Source: a virus
Taxonomy: Duplodnaviria; Caudoviricetes
DNA length: 34,016 nucleotides
IMG/VR virus record: IMGVR_UViG_3300037483_000360
Span: 1-34,016 of that record
Reading direction: 5' to 3' (one strand)
The position numbers were made by a program, and so were the translations under genes. Positions 1 to 9,188 of this stretch are shown piece by piece; position 1 is the first letter of the stretch; the number at the start of each line of letters is the position of its first letter. The notes below the pieces were generated by a model. The model made no database searches, had not been told where the DNA came from, and saw only the letters and a program-made list of their open reading frames with translations.

Positions 1-1
1 A

Positions 2-919
2 CTTGCTGATTACCCTACTGAAGAGGGCAGCACCGGGGTATGGGACTCGGCCTATATCCAGCTTAGTAATTCTACAACTAATATTTTGGGATGGACGGGG
101 TTAGATAATTGGCCGTCAACGAATAAGATATCTTTAAGATGGAGAATAATTCCAAGGTTTACAGGCACCCCCTCTGCTAATCAATTAATACTAGACGCTA
201 AAAGTGCATTTGATCCCTTTAGAATGAGCGGTGCTTTGATATACATAAATACGGCGGGGAATGTGGTTGTCGCCCTTTACAGAAATTCCAATGTCGCAGG
301 TCTTTCAATAACAATTATTCCATCTAGCGCAATTGATTTTGTGGATGGAACCCCTATTGACTTGATGTTAACATACAATGGAGACGGCGGGGGTGCTTGG
401 AGATTTTCCTCTGATGGGGTGGAGCTAGGGCTAGGAACTGCTGGGTCGATAGTTGATAGGGATAACGGGGCCGTAGGACAATTGGGCTTTGGAAATATAG
501 GAACTATTCATTCATCTGAGTTTGATCTTTTGCAATTAGAAATTTGGGATACCGTAGAGAATCATGTTTATTCAGTCAGGACTGATTATGATGCAACCCC
601 CATTAAACAGCCACTAACTAACACTTTCCCCAGTGTTAGTGATGTAGTGACTACCGCAAATTGGTTAGAACAAGGTATTCAAAAAGAGGGAGAATTGGGG
701 ATTTCCACCGACCCCGGCATAGCAAATGTAAAGCTAAATGAAGTTTATTATATAAATGGAGTGGAACTAACGGGAGAGTTGGAGATAGGCGTGCCTACCG
801 CATCTCAAATAGCTGCGGCGGTTTGGGATGCTGACTTGGGAGATCATAACACGGCAGGATCTTTTGGAACACTAGTTAAAAAACTTCTTACTGTCGGAAA
901 ATTTCTAGGGCTTAAATAG
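2..919 (+). CDS. Virion structural/decoration protein with LamG/concanavalin A-like domain (5'-truncated by window)
   Basis: The frame is open from base 2 (LADYPTEEGSTGVWD...), so the TTG at 86 is probably not the true start. Beta-rich LamG-like segment, two short imperfect repeats (TFPSVSDV...EGEL / TDPGIANV...TGEL) and a C-terminal 'QIAAAVWD' motif typical of phage structural proteins. Lies directly upstream of the connector gene. Confidence 0.6.
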   Translation, partial: LADYPTEEGSTGVWDSAYIQLSNSTTNILGWTGLDNWPSTNKISLRWRIIPRFTGTPSANQLILDAKSAFDPFRMSGALIYINTAGNVVVALYRNSNVAGLSITIIPSSAIDFVDGTPIDLMLTYNGDGGGAWRFSSDGVELGLGTAGSIVDRDNGAVGQLGFGNIGTIHSSEFDLLQLEIWDTVENHVYSVRTDYDATPIKQPLTNTFPSVSDVVTTANWLEQGIQKEGELGISTDPGIANVKLNEVYYINGVELTGELEIGVPTASQIAAAVWDADLGDHNTAGSFGTLVKKLLTVGKFLGLK

Positions 920-927
920 GAGATAAA

Positions 928-1557
928 ATGTTAGATACTTTAGAAAATGTTAAGAGCAGATTATCAATAACCGAAAGCGGCAACGATTCTTTTATCACTG
1001 ACCAAATAGCCGTGGTCTCTGACACAATAGAGGCTTATTGCAGAAGAACCTTTTTATCTGCTGACTTTGTTCAGACATTTTACCGAGGGGATTACACCCC
1101 GTCTAAAAATCTTGAATTATTTAATTGGCCGGTTTCAGAGATATCCTCCATCGTGGAAGACGGAGTAGAGGTTGATTCTACTTACTATAGGCTTAACATA
1201 CCAACAGGAAAAGTAATAAGGACTACAGGTTATTTCTATTATCCAGAAGAGACTGTAGTTTCATATACTGCCGGACTCGAGCAAGTCCCCTCTCCGGTAC
1301 TTTCTGTTTTAGATACTGTGGTCCAGGAAAGATATAATAAAAAAACGAGCGGTCTGGGGCTAAACTTTGGTAGTGATGTTCAGCGTGTTTCCATACCCGG
1401 AACCATATCTATAGATTTTGATTACACTTTGAATAATAATGAACGAAAGTCTGCTTTCGGGGTAATACTCGGGAATAATTTAAACATACTCGATTACTAC
1501 AGATCAGACAGAGCCATAATTGGAAGCGGAAAGCTTGTTTATGTAGAGGAATCTTAA
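928..1557 (+). CDS. Head-tail connector/adaptor protein (HK97 gp6 / SPP1 gp15-like)
   Basis: N-terminal 'TLENVKSRLSI...D.FI...I...S..IEAYCRR.F' and 'V.YTAG...VP..V' motifs; AGGAG RBS; position in the neck module. Confidence 0.8.
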   Translation: MLDTLENVKSRLSITESGNDSFITDQIAVVSDTIEAYCRRTFLSADFVQTFYRGDYTPSKNLELFNWPVSEISSIVEDGVEVDSTYYRLNIPTGKVIRTTGYFYYPEETVVSYTAGLEQVPSPVLSVLDTVVQERYNKKTSGLGLNFGSDVQRVSIPGTISIDFDYTLNNNERKSAFGVILGNNLNILDYYRSDRAIIGSGKLVYVEES

Positions 1558-2168
1558 TGTTTTTAAAATCTGCATTTAACATGATAACTAGAATACACTC
1601 AAGATCCGCTTTTTTGAAAAGACTGGGCACTGTAGATATTTATTCTCCAGTAAGAATAACTCCTTCAAATTATTTCAGATATCTAGAAGGCCCGAGCAGC
1701 ACAGTTATAAGGGGCCGCGAATTCGTTATACCTATAGACACAATGATTGGCGAGGAAACACAATTAATAAGTTTTTCCGCAGTGCCCACTTCTGGAAACT
1801 TCTTTGTTACTTATGACGGCAATGATTCGGCTTTGATAGCCTTTGACGATACTGCGACAGAGGTACAACTAGCCCTTAGAGATGTGGCGGGATTAGAGGG
1901 AGTGACGGTTTCGGGGAATTACACTTCTGGATTTACTGTAACTATGTCGGGGATACAATCACCGCTTTTACTAGCTCCTACTCAAGATTCCACTCCTTTA
2001 AATTCAACCATACAAGATGTTGTTGTCTCTCATTCACTATGGAGTCCTATTATAAAGAGAGGGGATAAGATCATAGACACCGTTTACGGGAATCTCGCCA
2101 TAGATGAAATCATAGAAATGGTGGATATTGGCGGGGAGATAATGGGTTTTAGATGCCGAATGGAGTAG
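1557..2168 (+). CDS. Head-closure/joining protein with inserted decoration domain
   Basis: TAATG overlap with the connector gene; C-terminal 'IKRGDKII...LAIDEI' barrel motif; about 95-aa central insert. Confidence 0.6.
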   Translation: MFLKSAFNMITRIHSRSAFLKRLGTVDIYSPVRITPSNYFRYLEGPSSTVIRGREFVIPIDTMIGEETQLISFSAVPTSGNFFVTYDGNDSALIAFDDTATEVQLALRDVAGLEGVTVSGNYTSGFTVTMSGIQSPLLLAPTQDSTPLNSTIQDVVVSHSLWSPIIKRGDKIIDTVYGNLAIDEIIEMVDIGGEIMGFRCRME

Positions 2169-2935
2169 CTTTTTCTGTTGATTTTAGTGTGGAGGAAAAG
2201 GGCCGTAAAAGTCCTGAGTACACTCTAGACACCGACTTAAATGGGGAAGTATCTCTACTAGACTTTTTAAATTTTACTAAATCCGCTTTAATAATAACCG
2301 CCGATACTGTTCTAAGAGAAGAACAGGCCAGGGGATTTGATAAAAATCCCGTGGTAGCTGTGGATGGAAAAGTGGGAGTCCCGGTATTTAATGTAAGTCC
2401 TCTTGGACAACTAGAATTTACGTCCAAAGCAAATATGAGCGAGATACTTCTAGAGACGTACAAGGGGATATTAAAGAGATCCCCCGTCCTCACTGGAAGG
2501 TATAAGAGTTCTCATTTCGTTTTTTTAAACGGCGCTCAAGTAGCTACGGATTTAGAATCTCTACGGGCATGGCTTAAATCAAACCCAATTTTTAATGACA
2601 AAGATTTAATTAGATTTGTAAACATTCAGCCCTATGCTCGAAAACTAGAACGTCTCGGAGTAACGGGCAGGCGACAACAATCTAGAACTGTAAAATCCAG
2701 AGACAAGAGAAAATCCTCTCAAGGCCATAGAATACTAGCTCCTAATGGGGCATATTTTTTAACAACTAGGTCAATAAGATCTAAGTATAAACGTAATTCT
2801 GTAATACGATTTAATTTCATTTCCGGAGACAGATTGGGTATTTCGGGCAGTTTTTTAGGTAGAAGAGGAAAGCCGGGAAGACCTTACTTATACCCAACTA
2901 TAACTATTTCAGCGGCAGAGGGTGGAACTGTATGA
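2153..2935 (+). CDS. Neck/tail completion protein (HK97 gp10-like)
   Basis: 'RSPVLTGRYKSSH', 'N..PYA..LE' and 'APNG.Y' motifs; basic protein; synteny. Confidence 0.7.
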   Translation: MPNGVAFSVDFSVEEKGRKSPEYTLDTDLNGEVSLLDFLNFTKSALIITADTVLREEQARGFDKNPVVAVDGKVGVPVFNVSPLGQLEFTSKANMSEILLETYKGILKRSPVLTGRYKSSHFVFLNGAQVATDLESLRAWLKSNPIFNDKDLIRFVNIQPYARKLERLGVTGRRQQSRTVKSRDKRKSSQGHRILAPNGAYFLTTRSIRSKYKRNSVIRFNFISGDRLGISGSFLGRRGKPGRPYLYPTITISAAEGGTV

Positions 2936-3381
2936 GTTCAGCGTATGTTAGAACACAAATAAAAGATTTCCTAGAGACTAATTCTTCTGAAGATGTGGTG
3001 GACCTTACTGCCGATTTTCAAGAGATTAAAGAACTCTTAGATGATAGTGGGATACAGCCTGATGCGCCGTGGCTTGGAGTTCAATTTCAGGGCGACGATG
3101 AAATACCTGTGGCTCTAGCCGCGACTAATGACCAGGGGAAATATCGAGAGACGGGTGCCATTTATATCCATGTGGTGTCTACAGCTAGACTCGGGGTCGG
3201 GGATGCTCTATTGACGCGAGGGGAAGTCTTGCGAAATTTGTTTCGAGGCCGCAGAATAGGAGACATACTTATTGAGAGTGTTACGCCGATGAATTTTGAT
3301 TCGGGGGCCACTTTACAATTCGAGGGCGGGTATATGTCGGGAAGTTTTTTAATGGCATATCAAAGAGATTTGGATTTATAA
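2932..3381 (+). CDS. Tail terminator protein
   Basis: About 150 aa, immediately before the tube gene; 'PW..V.F', 'YRETG.IYIHV' and 'LRNLFRG' pattern; ATGA overlap. Confidence 0.7.
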   Translation: MSSAYVRTQIKDFLETNSSEDVVDLTADFQEIKELLDDSGIQPDAPWLGVQFQGDDEIPVALAATNDQGKYRETGAIYIHVVSTARLGVGDALLTRGEVLRNLFRGRRIGDILIESVTPMNFDSGATLQFEGGYMSGSFLMAYQRDLDL

Positions 3382-3405
3382 TAAAAATTTAGAAAGGGGC
3401 AAGCA

Positions 3406-4890
3406 ATGTCATCATCAAATTTAGTAAGGGTTGCGTACAAGAAAGAAACCAGCTATGGCGTTACTCCCGCCGCTGTAAAGGCGCTTTTAGTTGTTCAAGA
3501 TATTACTTACACTGCCGTGAAAGGCGGATCGCAAGGAAACAGTATTACTATTGAGTATACTGATACTGAAACCGCGGGCGCTGAAACTGTCACGGTAACG
3601 GGAAACACAATCGTTGTTGGGATTGAATCAGGGGTTTCAACCGCTACTCAAGTAGATACTGCAATTGGACTAAGTGCTGCCGCCCTTCTTCTGATAACAA
3701 GAGCTATTACGGGAACAGCGGGAGATCCTCAAACAGTAGTGGCTGAGACGCCACTAGCATCGGGGTCTGGAGAATTTCTCACAGCCAGATTTACTTCAGA
3801 AAAATATTCGGGAACTCCTGAAACAACAGAGTCCGTTCAAATTAGAACAGACAGAATGAGTTCAGGACAAGTAGTAACTGGACTAACTGTAGCCGGTGGA
3901 CACAGCATTGAACTAGCTAAAGAGACCGCAATCGAGGATTTCTTAGAGTCAGCTATGTTTAACGCTTGGGACACTTCTTTTACTTCTAAAACTAGAAATT
4001 TAGCCATAGATGCTTCCGCCAAAACTATAACGGCGGTAGCGGAGAGTTTTGTAACAGAGGGTCTTGTAGTTGGAGATATAATTGTCCTTAGTGATTTCGC
4101 TGATGCCGGAAACAATGTCCCTGTAATGGTTACGGACGTTACGGCTTTAGTTCTCACCTACGCCGGACCTACTGGGATGGTGACTGTTTCTGAGTCGGCC
4201 ACGTATCAAAGAGCAGATAAGCTAACAATAGGCGTAACTAAAAAATCTTTAACTGTGGAAAAGACATTCACAGATCTAACTACAAAGGCATTAATCTATA
4301 GAGGATGTATAGTTTCCCAGATGGATTTGAATGTGGAATACGGCGCCCTTATTTCTGGATCTTTTGATACCAGTGGAAACGACTACGTAGCCGCAGATGC
4401 CGCAGATGAATTCGCTAGTTACTTGGAATATTTTGCTGATCCAGCGACTACAAATTCTTTGAACGGCTCAGTGGATATGCCGTTTTTAACAACCGATGTA
4501 ACTGGAGTCTACGATCAAGATGCATTTTGTATCCAGTCTCTATCTATTTCTCTGTCTAATAATCTTACTACCCAGACTTGCATAGGTAGAGCGGCCCCAG
4601 AAGATTACACTCCTGGAACAGCGGCTATTAGTGTAGATCTTAGCTCTTACTTAAAAGATGCTAATTGGGATTTACTAGCTAGAAAATTAAGTCAGGAATC
4701 TTTTGCTCTCGGATTTTTGGTAAATAATGTGGACGGATGGTACGGATTTTACATGCCAGCTATTCAGGTGTCTTTTGATGACCCCGCAAGCGGTGGACAG
4801 AATCAAGACATATCTATGGAAATGACGGGAGCAGCTAAAGTGGGGGACGGCGGTGAGTCAGCCCTTTCAATTTATAGATTGCCAGCGTAA
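3406..4890 (+). CDS. Major tail tube protein with inserted accessory domains
   Basis: 'VAY..ET.YGVTP', 'S.QIR.DR', 'SLTVEK.F.D....YRGC.V' and 'SISLSNNL....CIG' motifs of siphovirus tube proteins; followed by a terminator and the chaperone gene. Confidence 0.85.
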   Translation: MSSSNLVRVAYKKETSYGVTPAAVKALLVVQDITYTAVKGGSQGNSITIEYTDTETAGAETVTVTGNTIVVGIESGVSTATQVDTAIGLSAAALLLITRAITGTAGDPQTVVAETPLASGSGEFLTARFTSEKYSGTPETTESVQIRTDRMSSGQVVTGLTVAGGHSIELAKETAIEDFLESAMFNAWDTSFTSKTRNLAIDASAKTITAVAESFVTEGLVVGDIIVLSDFADAGNNVPVMVTDVTALVLTYAGPTGMVTVSESATYQRADKLTIGVTKKSLTVEKTFTDLTTKALIYRGCIVSQMDLNVEYGALISGSFDTSGNDYVAADAADEFASYLEYFADPATTNSLNGSVDMPFLTTDVTGVYDQDAFCIQSLSISLSNNLTTQTCIGRAAPEDYTPGTAAISVDLSSYLKDANWDLLARKLSQESFALGFLVNNVDGWYGFYMPAIQVSFDDPASGGQNQDISMEMTGAAKVGDGGESALSIYRLPA

Positions 4891-4947
4891 ATAAATTAGG
4901 GGCCGATATCTTATAGGCTTTTCCCCTTGATAGATTTAAGTCCCACT

Positions 4948-4979
4948 CCCCGATGTTCTTGACATCGGGGTTTTATTTT
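4948..4979 (+). terminator. Rho-independent terminator after the tail tube gene
   Basis: CCCCGATGT-tcttg-ACATCGGGG perfect 9-bp stem followed by TTTTATTTT. Confidence 0.8.
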
Positions 4980-5016
4980 GTGAATCATCAAAGATACACA
5001 TTCACAGGGGGAAACT

Positions 5017-5412
5017 ATGAAAACGAATCTAGATAAGATTTTTAAAACAAGTAAAGACTTAGAATCTGGCGGGGTATGGTTTGACATATCTGACGAGACT
5101 GGATTTCTTTTAAGGCCGTTTAAGGGGACAAATCCCCGAACTAAAGCGGCCATGGCTAGATACTATAAGCCCTATGCCCGCCAAGTAGAAATGGGGACTT
5201 TGGCCCAGGAAAAAGAAGATGAGATACAAGTAAAATTATTTATTGATATTTGCCTAGTCGATTGGAAGGGAGTGGAGATAGACGGAAATATTGTCGAATG
5301 TACCCCCGAAGAAGCCCTTAAGCTATTTAAAAATCTGCCCGACTTATTTGACACGCTATGGAGACACTCTAACGATTTTAATAATTACCGAGAAGACTTG
5401 GGAAACTCTTAG
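5017..5412 (+). CDS. Tail assembly chaperone (gpG-like)
   Basis: Lies between tube and tape measure; 'E..GVW' and 'LVDWKGV' motifs; ends in a slippery G-GGA-AAC. Confidence 0.85.
   Translation: MKTNLDKIFKTSKDLESGGVWFDISDETGFLLRPFKGTNPRTKAAMARYYKPYARQVEMGTLAQEKEDEIQVKLFIDICLVDWKGVEIDGNIVECTPEEALKLFKNLPDLFDTLWRHSNDFNNYREDLGNS
5400..5406 (+). promoter_or_regulatory. Programmed -1 ribosomal frameshift heptamer GGGAAAC
   Basis: X-XXY-YYZ heptamer in the correct frame, one codon before the gpG stop; analogous to lambda G/T GGGAAAG. Confidence 0.85.
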
Positions 5413-5795
5413 CGCGGTATCTAAGATGGTCGTTTAGATGGCGCAAGGAATTAGAGACAGGGCAATATTATGACCTATGCTCACGAGGCTTTATTAAGGA
5501 AGAAGATAGAGAGCCGGAGATAGCGGGATTTGAGTTCTATTTTGACGCATTCAGAGAAATAGCTACTTCTAGACCAATTGGGCTAGAAATAGGGGCTATA
5601 CCATTTACAGCTATCGTAGATTATTTTAATATTTATGAGTTAGAGGATTTTGACGACTTTGTTTATATTATTCGACTTATGGATGTAACCTTCCTGGAAC
5701 TAAACGAGGCGAATAACAAATCTGATAGGAAAAATAGTGGCAGTAGGGACTCAGACAAGAAGGATATTCATAAAGGTAGACACCCAAGGAAATAG
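5400..5795 (+). CDS. -1 frame extension giving the gpGT-like chaperone fusion (absent from the ORF track)
   Basis: The -1 frame is open from the slippery site at 5400 to TAG at 5793-5795: KLLARYLRWSFRW...FDAFREIATSRPIGLEIGAIPFTAIVDYF...IIRLMDVTFLEL... It has no independent start codon at its 5' end. Confidence 0.85.
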   Translation, partial: GKLLARYLRWSFRWRKELETGQYYDLCSRGFIKEEDREPEIAGFEFYFDAFREIATSRPIGLEIGAIPFTAIVDYFNIYELEDFDDFVYIIRLMDVTFLELNEANNKSDRKNSGSRDSDKKDIHKGRHPRK

Positions 5796-8019
5796 GGATA
5801 TCCAAAACATGTCTAAACAACTAGGCATGGTGACTAAAAATACAAGGTCTCTTGCCCAAAACTTTAGTTTTCTAAAAAATACTTTTTTAAGCTATATCGG
5901 TGCCATTGGAATTAGGGAAATTGTACAGATGTCTGACTCCATCCAACTTCTAGGAGATAGAATAGAAGTTCTAACGGGGGGACAAGCGGATGCCTACGAG
6001 ACATTAGTTCAATTAAGAGATGTAGCAGACGCTACTCAAACTAGTCTTGACACTACAGCGGATTCTTTCACAAGAATGTCGGCGGCTATAGGCGGCACCG
6101 GGATCAAGACTAAGTTTTTAATAGGGATTACAAAAGTATTACAAGATTCATTTTTAGTGGCCGGAGCGACTTTAAAAGAAACGACCGCTACCACTGTTCA
6201 ATTAGCACAGGCCTTTGCTTCGGGAGAAGTGAGAGGGCAAGAATTAAGATCAGTCATGGAGCAAAACGCGGTTGTCGCAAAACTATTGCGCAAAGAATAC
6301 GGCAAGGACATATATAAAAAAGCTGCTACGGGCGCTATCACAGCTACGGATGTTTTAAGAATATTATTTCAAAATCAAGAGAAACTTGCGGAGCAAGCAA
6401 AGAATTTAAAACCCACCATTGAGAAAACTATTGTCGCGGCCCTAAACGGGGTGAGGCTAGCTATTTTTAAGTTAAACAGGGACCTTGATATATCGGGAAA
6501 CTTCGCTAAATCTCTTAATTTTATGATTGATAAATTTAGTCTTTTTGCCGCGTTACTCGGGGTTATAGCTCTTACCCAAATACCTCGATTGGGTATTGCT
6601 ATCATCTTCACACTGCTTCCGGCTCTTTCCAAATTGGGGGCTTCTCTGGCGGCATTGGCCCTAAAAAACCCCTTCACGGCACTACTGTTGGGGGTGACCT
6701 TAACTGTGTTTTTTATAGTAGATAATTTGGAGAAACTGGAAGCTCATTTTAATAGATTTCAGGCTGTATTGAAGGACATGCGAATAGCTGTAAATACCTT
6801 CTCCGCAAGCACTACGCTGAAAACGGAAGAGGGGCTGAAAAGACTTCAAAGAATCGCTGACCTTAATAAAAAACTAGAACAAGAGGCCGCCGATTTACGA
6901 GCAAATGCGGATAAAGTATTAAATAATAAAAACAAAAAACCCGGATTCGGCTTAGACCCGGATTTTGTAAAAGAACAATTAGCTGCCTACGATAAACTTT
7001 TAGGAGGTGGCGCGGGATCTCTAGAAAAAAGAATATCTTTCCTTAACGTGGCTTTCCAAGAAGGCGAGATAGGTGTGAGGGAGTATTTTGAAGAATTAAA
7101 TAAAGCTAAAATAGACGATCTCAGTGATAAGTTTGCTACCGGTAAAGTATCTCTTCAAGATTTCTCTAAGCAATTGTCAGATTTAAAGCTACAGTCAATT
7201 GACGGACTTAGTGTGGCCCTAGATTTGGGGGGAATAAGTCTTAAAAAATATAACGAACTTTTTAAAGAATTGAGAATAAAAGAATTACAAGCTGAGATGG
7301 CCTCGGGACTTATAACACTAAGGGAATATAATAGAGAAATTCAGGCCCTTAATGATAGATTCTCTTTCAGCGCCTCATTTAATGAGGGGGTGCAAAATTA
7401 CATTGAGGGCATAGGTACGTTATCTGAAAATGTAACAAGCGCAATAACTCGCTCTTTCTCTACCCTAGAAAATGAACTAATAAATTTAGCCCAAACCCGA
7501 AAATTCGAGTTTAACAGATTCGCCGAATCTATACTTATAGATCTAGCTAGAATAGCTCTGAGGATGTATATTTTAAAACCTCTGGCAGAATCCATATTTG
7601 GCGGCGGCTCGGCGCCTGTTCAGCTTCCTGCGAGTAATTTCAATCCGAATGTAGTCGCAGGGAAAGGCGCGGCCTTTGAAAATGGTGTCAGAAAGTTCGC
7701 AAGCGGCGGCATCGTAAATTCTCCTACCCTATTTAACTATGGATCAAAGACTGGACTAATGGGAGAAGCAGGACCCGAGGCCATACTTCCTCTTACAAGA
7801 AATAAGGGAAAGCTAGGGGTAGAGGCCAGTGTTAGTCCAGTAAATATAAATATAATAAATAATTCAGACACTTCTATTGACACTAAAGAAACATTTGGTT
7901 CAAGCGGAGAAAGAAATATTGAAATACTAATTGAAAGCAAAGTAAGAGACGGACTAAGTAAGGGGATTTACGATAGGCAGTTAAGAAGTAACTTCGGGAT
8001 AACTAGGAAGGGATACTAA
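5737..8019 (+). CDS. Tape measure protein
   Basis: 'QLAQAFASGEVRGQELRSVMEQ' tape-measure domain motif, hydrophobic middle segment, coiled-coil, and lambda-type C-terminal 'FASGGIVNSPT.F...GLMGEAGPEAILPL'. Confidence 0.95.
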   Translation: MAVGTQTRRIFIKVDTQGNRDIQNMSKQLGMVTKNTRSLAQNFSFLKNTFLSYIGAIGIREIVQMSDSIQLLGDRIEVLTGGQADAYETLVQLRDVADATQTSLDTTADSFTRMSAAIGGTGIKTKFLIGITKVLQDSFLVAGATLKETTATTVQLAQAFASGEVRGQELRSVMEQNAVVAKLLRKEYGKDIYKKAATGAITATDVLRILFQNQEKLAEQAKNLKPTIEKTIVAALNGVRLAIFKLNRDLDISGNFAKSLNFMIDKFSLFAALLGVIALTQIPRLGIAIIFTLLPALSKLGASLAALALKNPFTALLLGVTLTVFFIVDNLEKLEAHFNRFQAVLKDMRIAVNTFSASTTLKTEEGLKRLQRIADLNKKLEQEAADLRANADKVLNNKNKKPGFGLDPDFVKEQLAAYDKLLGGGAGSLEKRISFLNVAFQEGEIGVREYFEELNKAKIDDLSDKFATGKVSLQDFSKQLSDLKLQSIDGLSVALDLGGISLKKYNELFKELRIKELQAEMASGLITLREYNREIQALNDRFSFSASFNEGVQNYIEGIGTLSENVTSAITRSFSTLENELINLAQTRKFEFNRFAESILIDLARIALRMYILKPLAESIFGGGSAPVQLPASNFNPNVVAGKGAAFENGVRKFASGGIVNSPTLFNYGSKTGLMGEAGPEAILPLTRNKGKLGVEASVSPVNINIINNSDTSIDTKETFGSSGERNIEILIESKVRDGLSKGIYDRQLRSNFGITRKGY

Positions 8020-8369
8020 TGGCTACTTGGCCCGCTACCTTACAACAAAAAGTTGAGGCATCGCAATTTGAACTAGTTTTCGGAGAGACCCGAGTAAGAA
8101 CAGACGTTGACGTAGGCCTAGCAAAAGTTAGAAGTAGGTTTACGGATTCGGTGGATCAATACAGGGCTACAATATTTGTAGACATCACGGAATACGAGGA
8201 TTTAAAAGTTTTTTATAAGACCACTTTAAATAACGGGACTGAGTTCTTCGATTGGGATGACCCCATAGAATTAGTTCCGGCCTCCTTTAGATTTTTATCT
8301 CCCCCCAGAATTACCCATGTAGGGGGAAACACATTTAGCGTATCCATGGCCCTAGAGAAAGCCCCGTAA
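8019..8369 (+). CDS. Distal tail protein (lambda gpM-like)
   Basis: 'WP..L', 'RTDVDVG.AK.R.RFT' and 'FY..TL.NG...F.W.DP'; directly follows the tape measure. Confidence 0.8.
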   Translation: MATWPATLQQKVEASQFELVFGETRVRTDVDVGLAKVRSRFTDSVDQYRATIFVDITEYEDLKVFYKTTLNNGTEFFDWDDPIELVPASFRFLSPPRITHVGGNTFSVSMALEKAP

Positions 8370-8839
8370 TGGCAAACAATCTAAGTCCCGAACTTGTCTA
8401 TCAGCTTCTTTCCCAGGAATCCACAGATCCTTTTCTAACTCTTTTGACCCTAACTCACGATAGTTTTGACACCATTCGTTTTGTCAATAACACCAAAGAT
8501 ATTGTCTCCAGGGGAGAAACCTATTTAGCATTTCCGTTTAAAATAAGATTCCCGGTAGATGATGGGGAGAGTGTACGAGAGTTCTCAATAGAACTAGACA
8601 ATGTGTCCCTTGAATTAGTGGATGAGATACGAAGTGTAACTTCACAGATAGGAGTTACGATTGAATTAATCTTAGCCTCCATGCCCGACGATGTTCAAAT
8701 AACCCAAGGGGAATTAAAAATACAGAGTATCCAAATGACTAAGCAAAGAATAAGTGCCAAGATAATTGTTGACGATTTCTTAAACGTAGAGATGACTGGA
8801 GAAAAATATGAGCCGTCTAATTTTCCAGGCCTGTTCTAA
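8369..8839 (+). CDS. Minor tail/hub protein (DUF1833, gpL-like)
   Basis: 'LTLTH....IRFVNNT.DI..RG..Y.AFPF...P', 'LDNVS' and 'P.NFPGLF'. Confidence 0.8.
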   Translation: MANNLSPELVYQLLSQESTDPFLTLLTLTHDSFDTIRFVNNTKDIVSRGETYLAFPFKIRFPVDDGESVREFSIELDNVSLELVDEIRSVTSQIGVTIELILASMPDDVQITQGELKIQSIQMTKQRISAKIIVDDFLNVEMTGEKYEPSNFPGLF

Positions 8840-9188
8840 GTATATAGGAAAGTCTTACGAAGAGTATAATTGCTGGGACTTAATTAAATCTCTCTACCGA
8901 GAGATTTACGGACTAGACGTACATCAGTATTACGGTGAAAATGTTCCTAGCCGCAAAGAAACCCAGTCTCTCATTAGAACTAATAAGGGGGAATTTGAAC
9001 GGGCCGAAATACCTTCACCTGGGGACATAATTCTTATCCGGATAGGTGGAGTAGAGTCCCATATAGGAATGAATATATCTAAAGGCAGATTCATTCATTC
9101 TTTAAGCGGCAGCGGGGTTGTCATAGATTCCCTTTCTAGATACGCTACGAGAATTACCGGGTACTATAGGCATAGGAGCCTTAAGTGA
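8808..9188 (+). CDS. NlpC/P60 tail tip protein (gpK-like)
   Basis: 'YIG..Y...NCW.L' catalytic Cys, 'PGD...' and 'SHIG......FIHS'. Confidence 0.85.
   Translation: MSRLIFQACSKYIGKSYEEYNCWDLIKSLYREIYGLDVHQYYGENVPSRKETQSLIRTNKGEFERAEIPSPGDIILIRIGGVESHIGMNISKGRFIHSLSGSGVVIDSLSRYATRITGYYRHRSLK

Noticed and set aside
4959-4990. Sigma70 promoter with perfect TTGACA
   Set aside because: The hexamer lies within the terminator hairpin and there is no convincing -10 at 16-18 bp.
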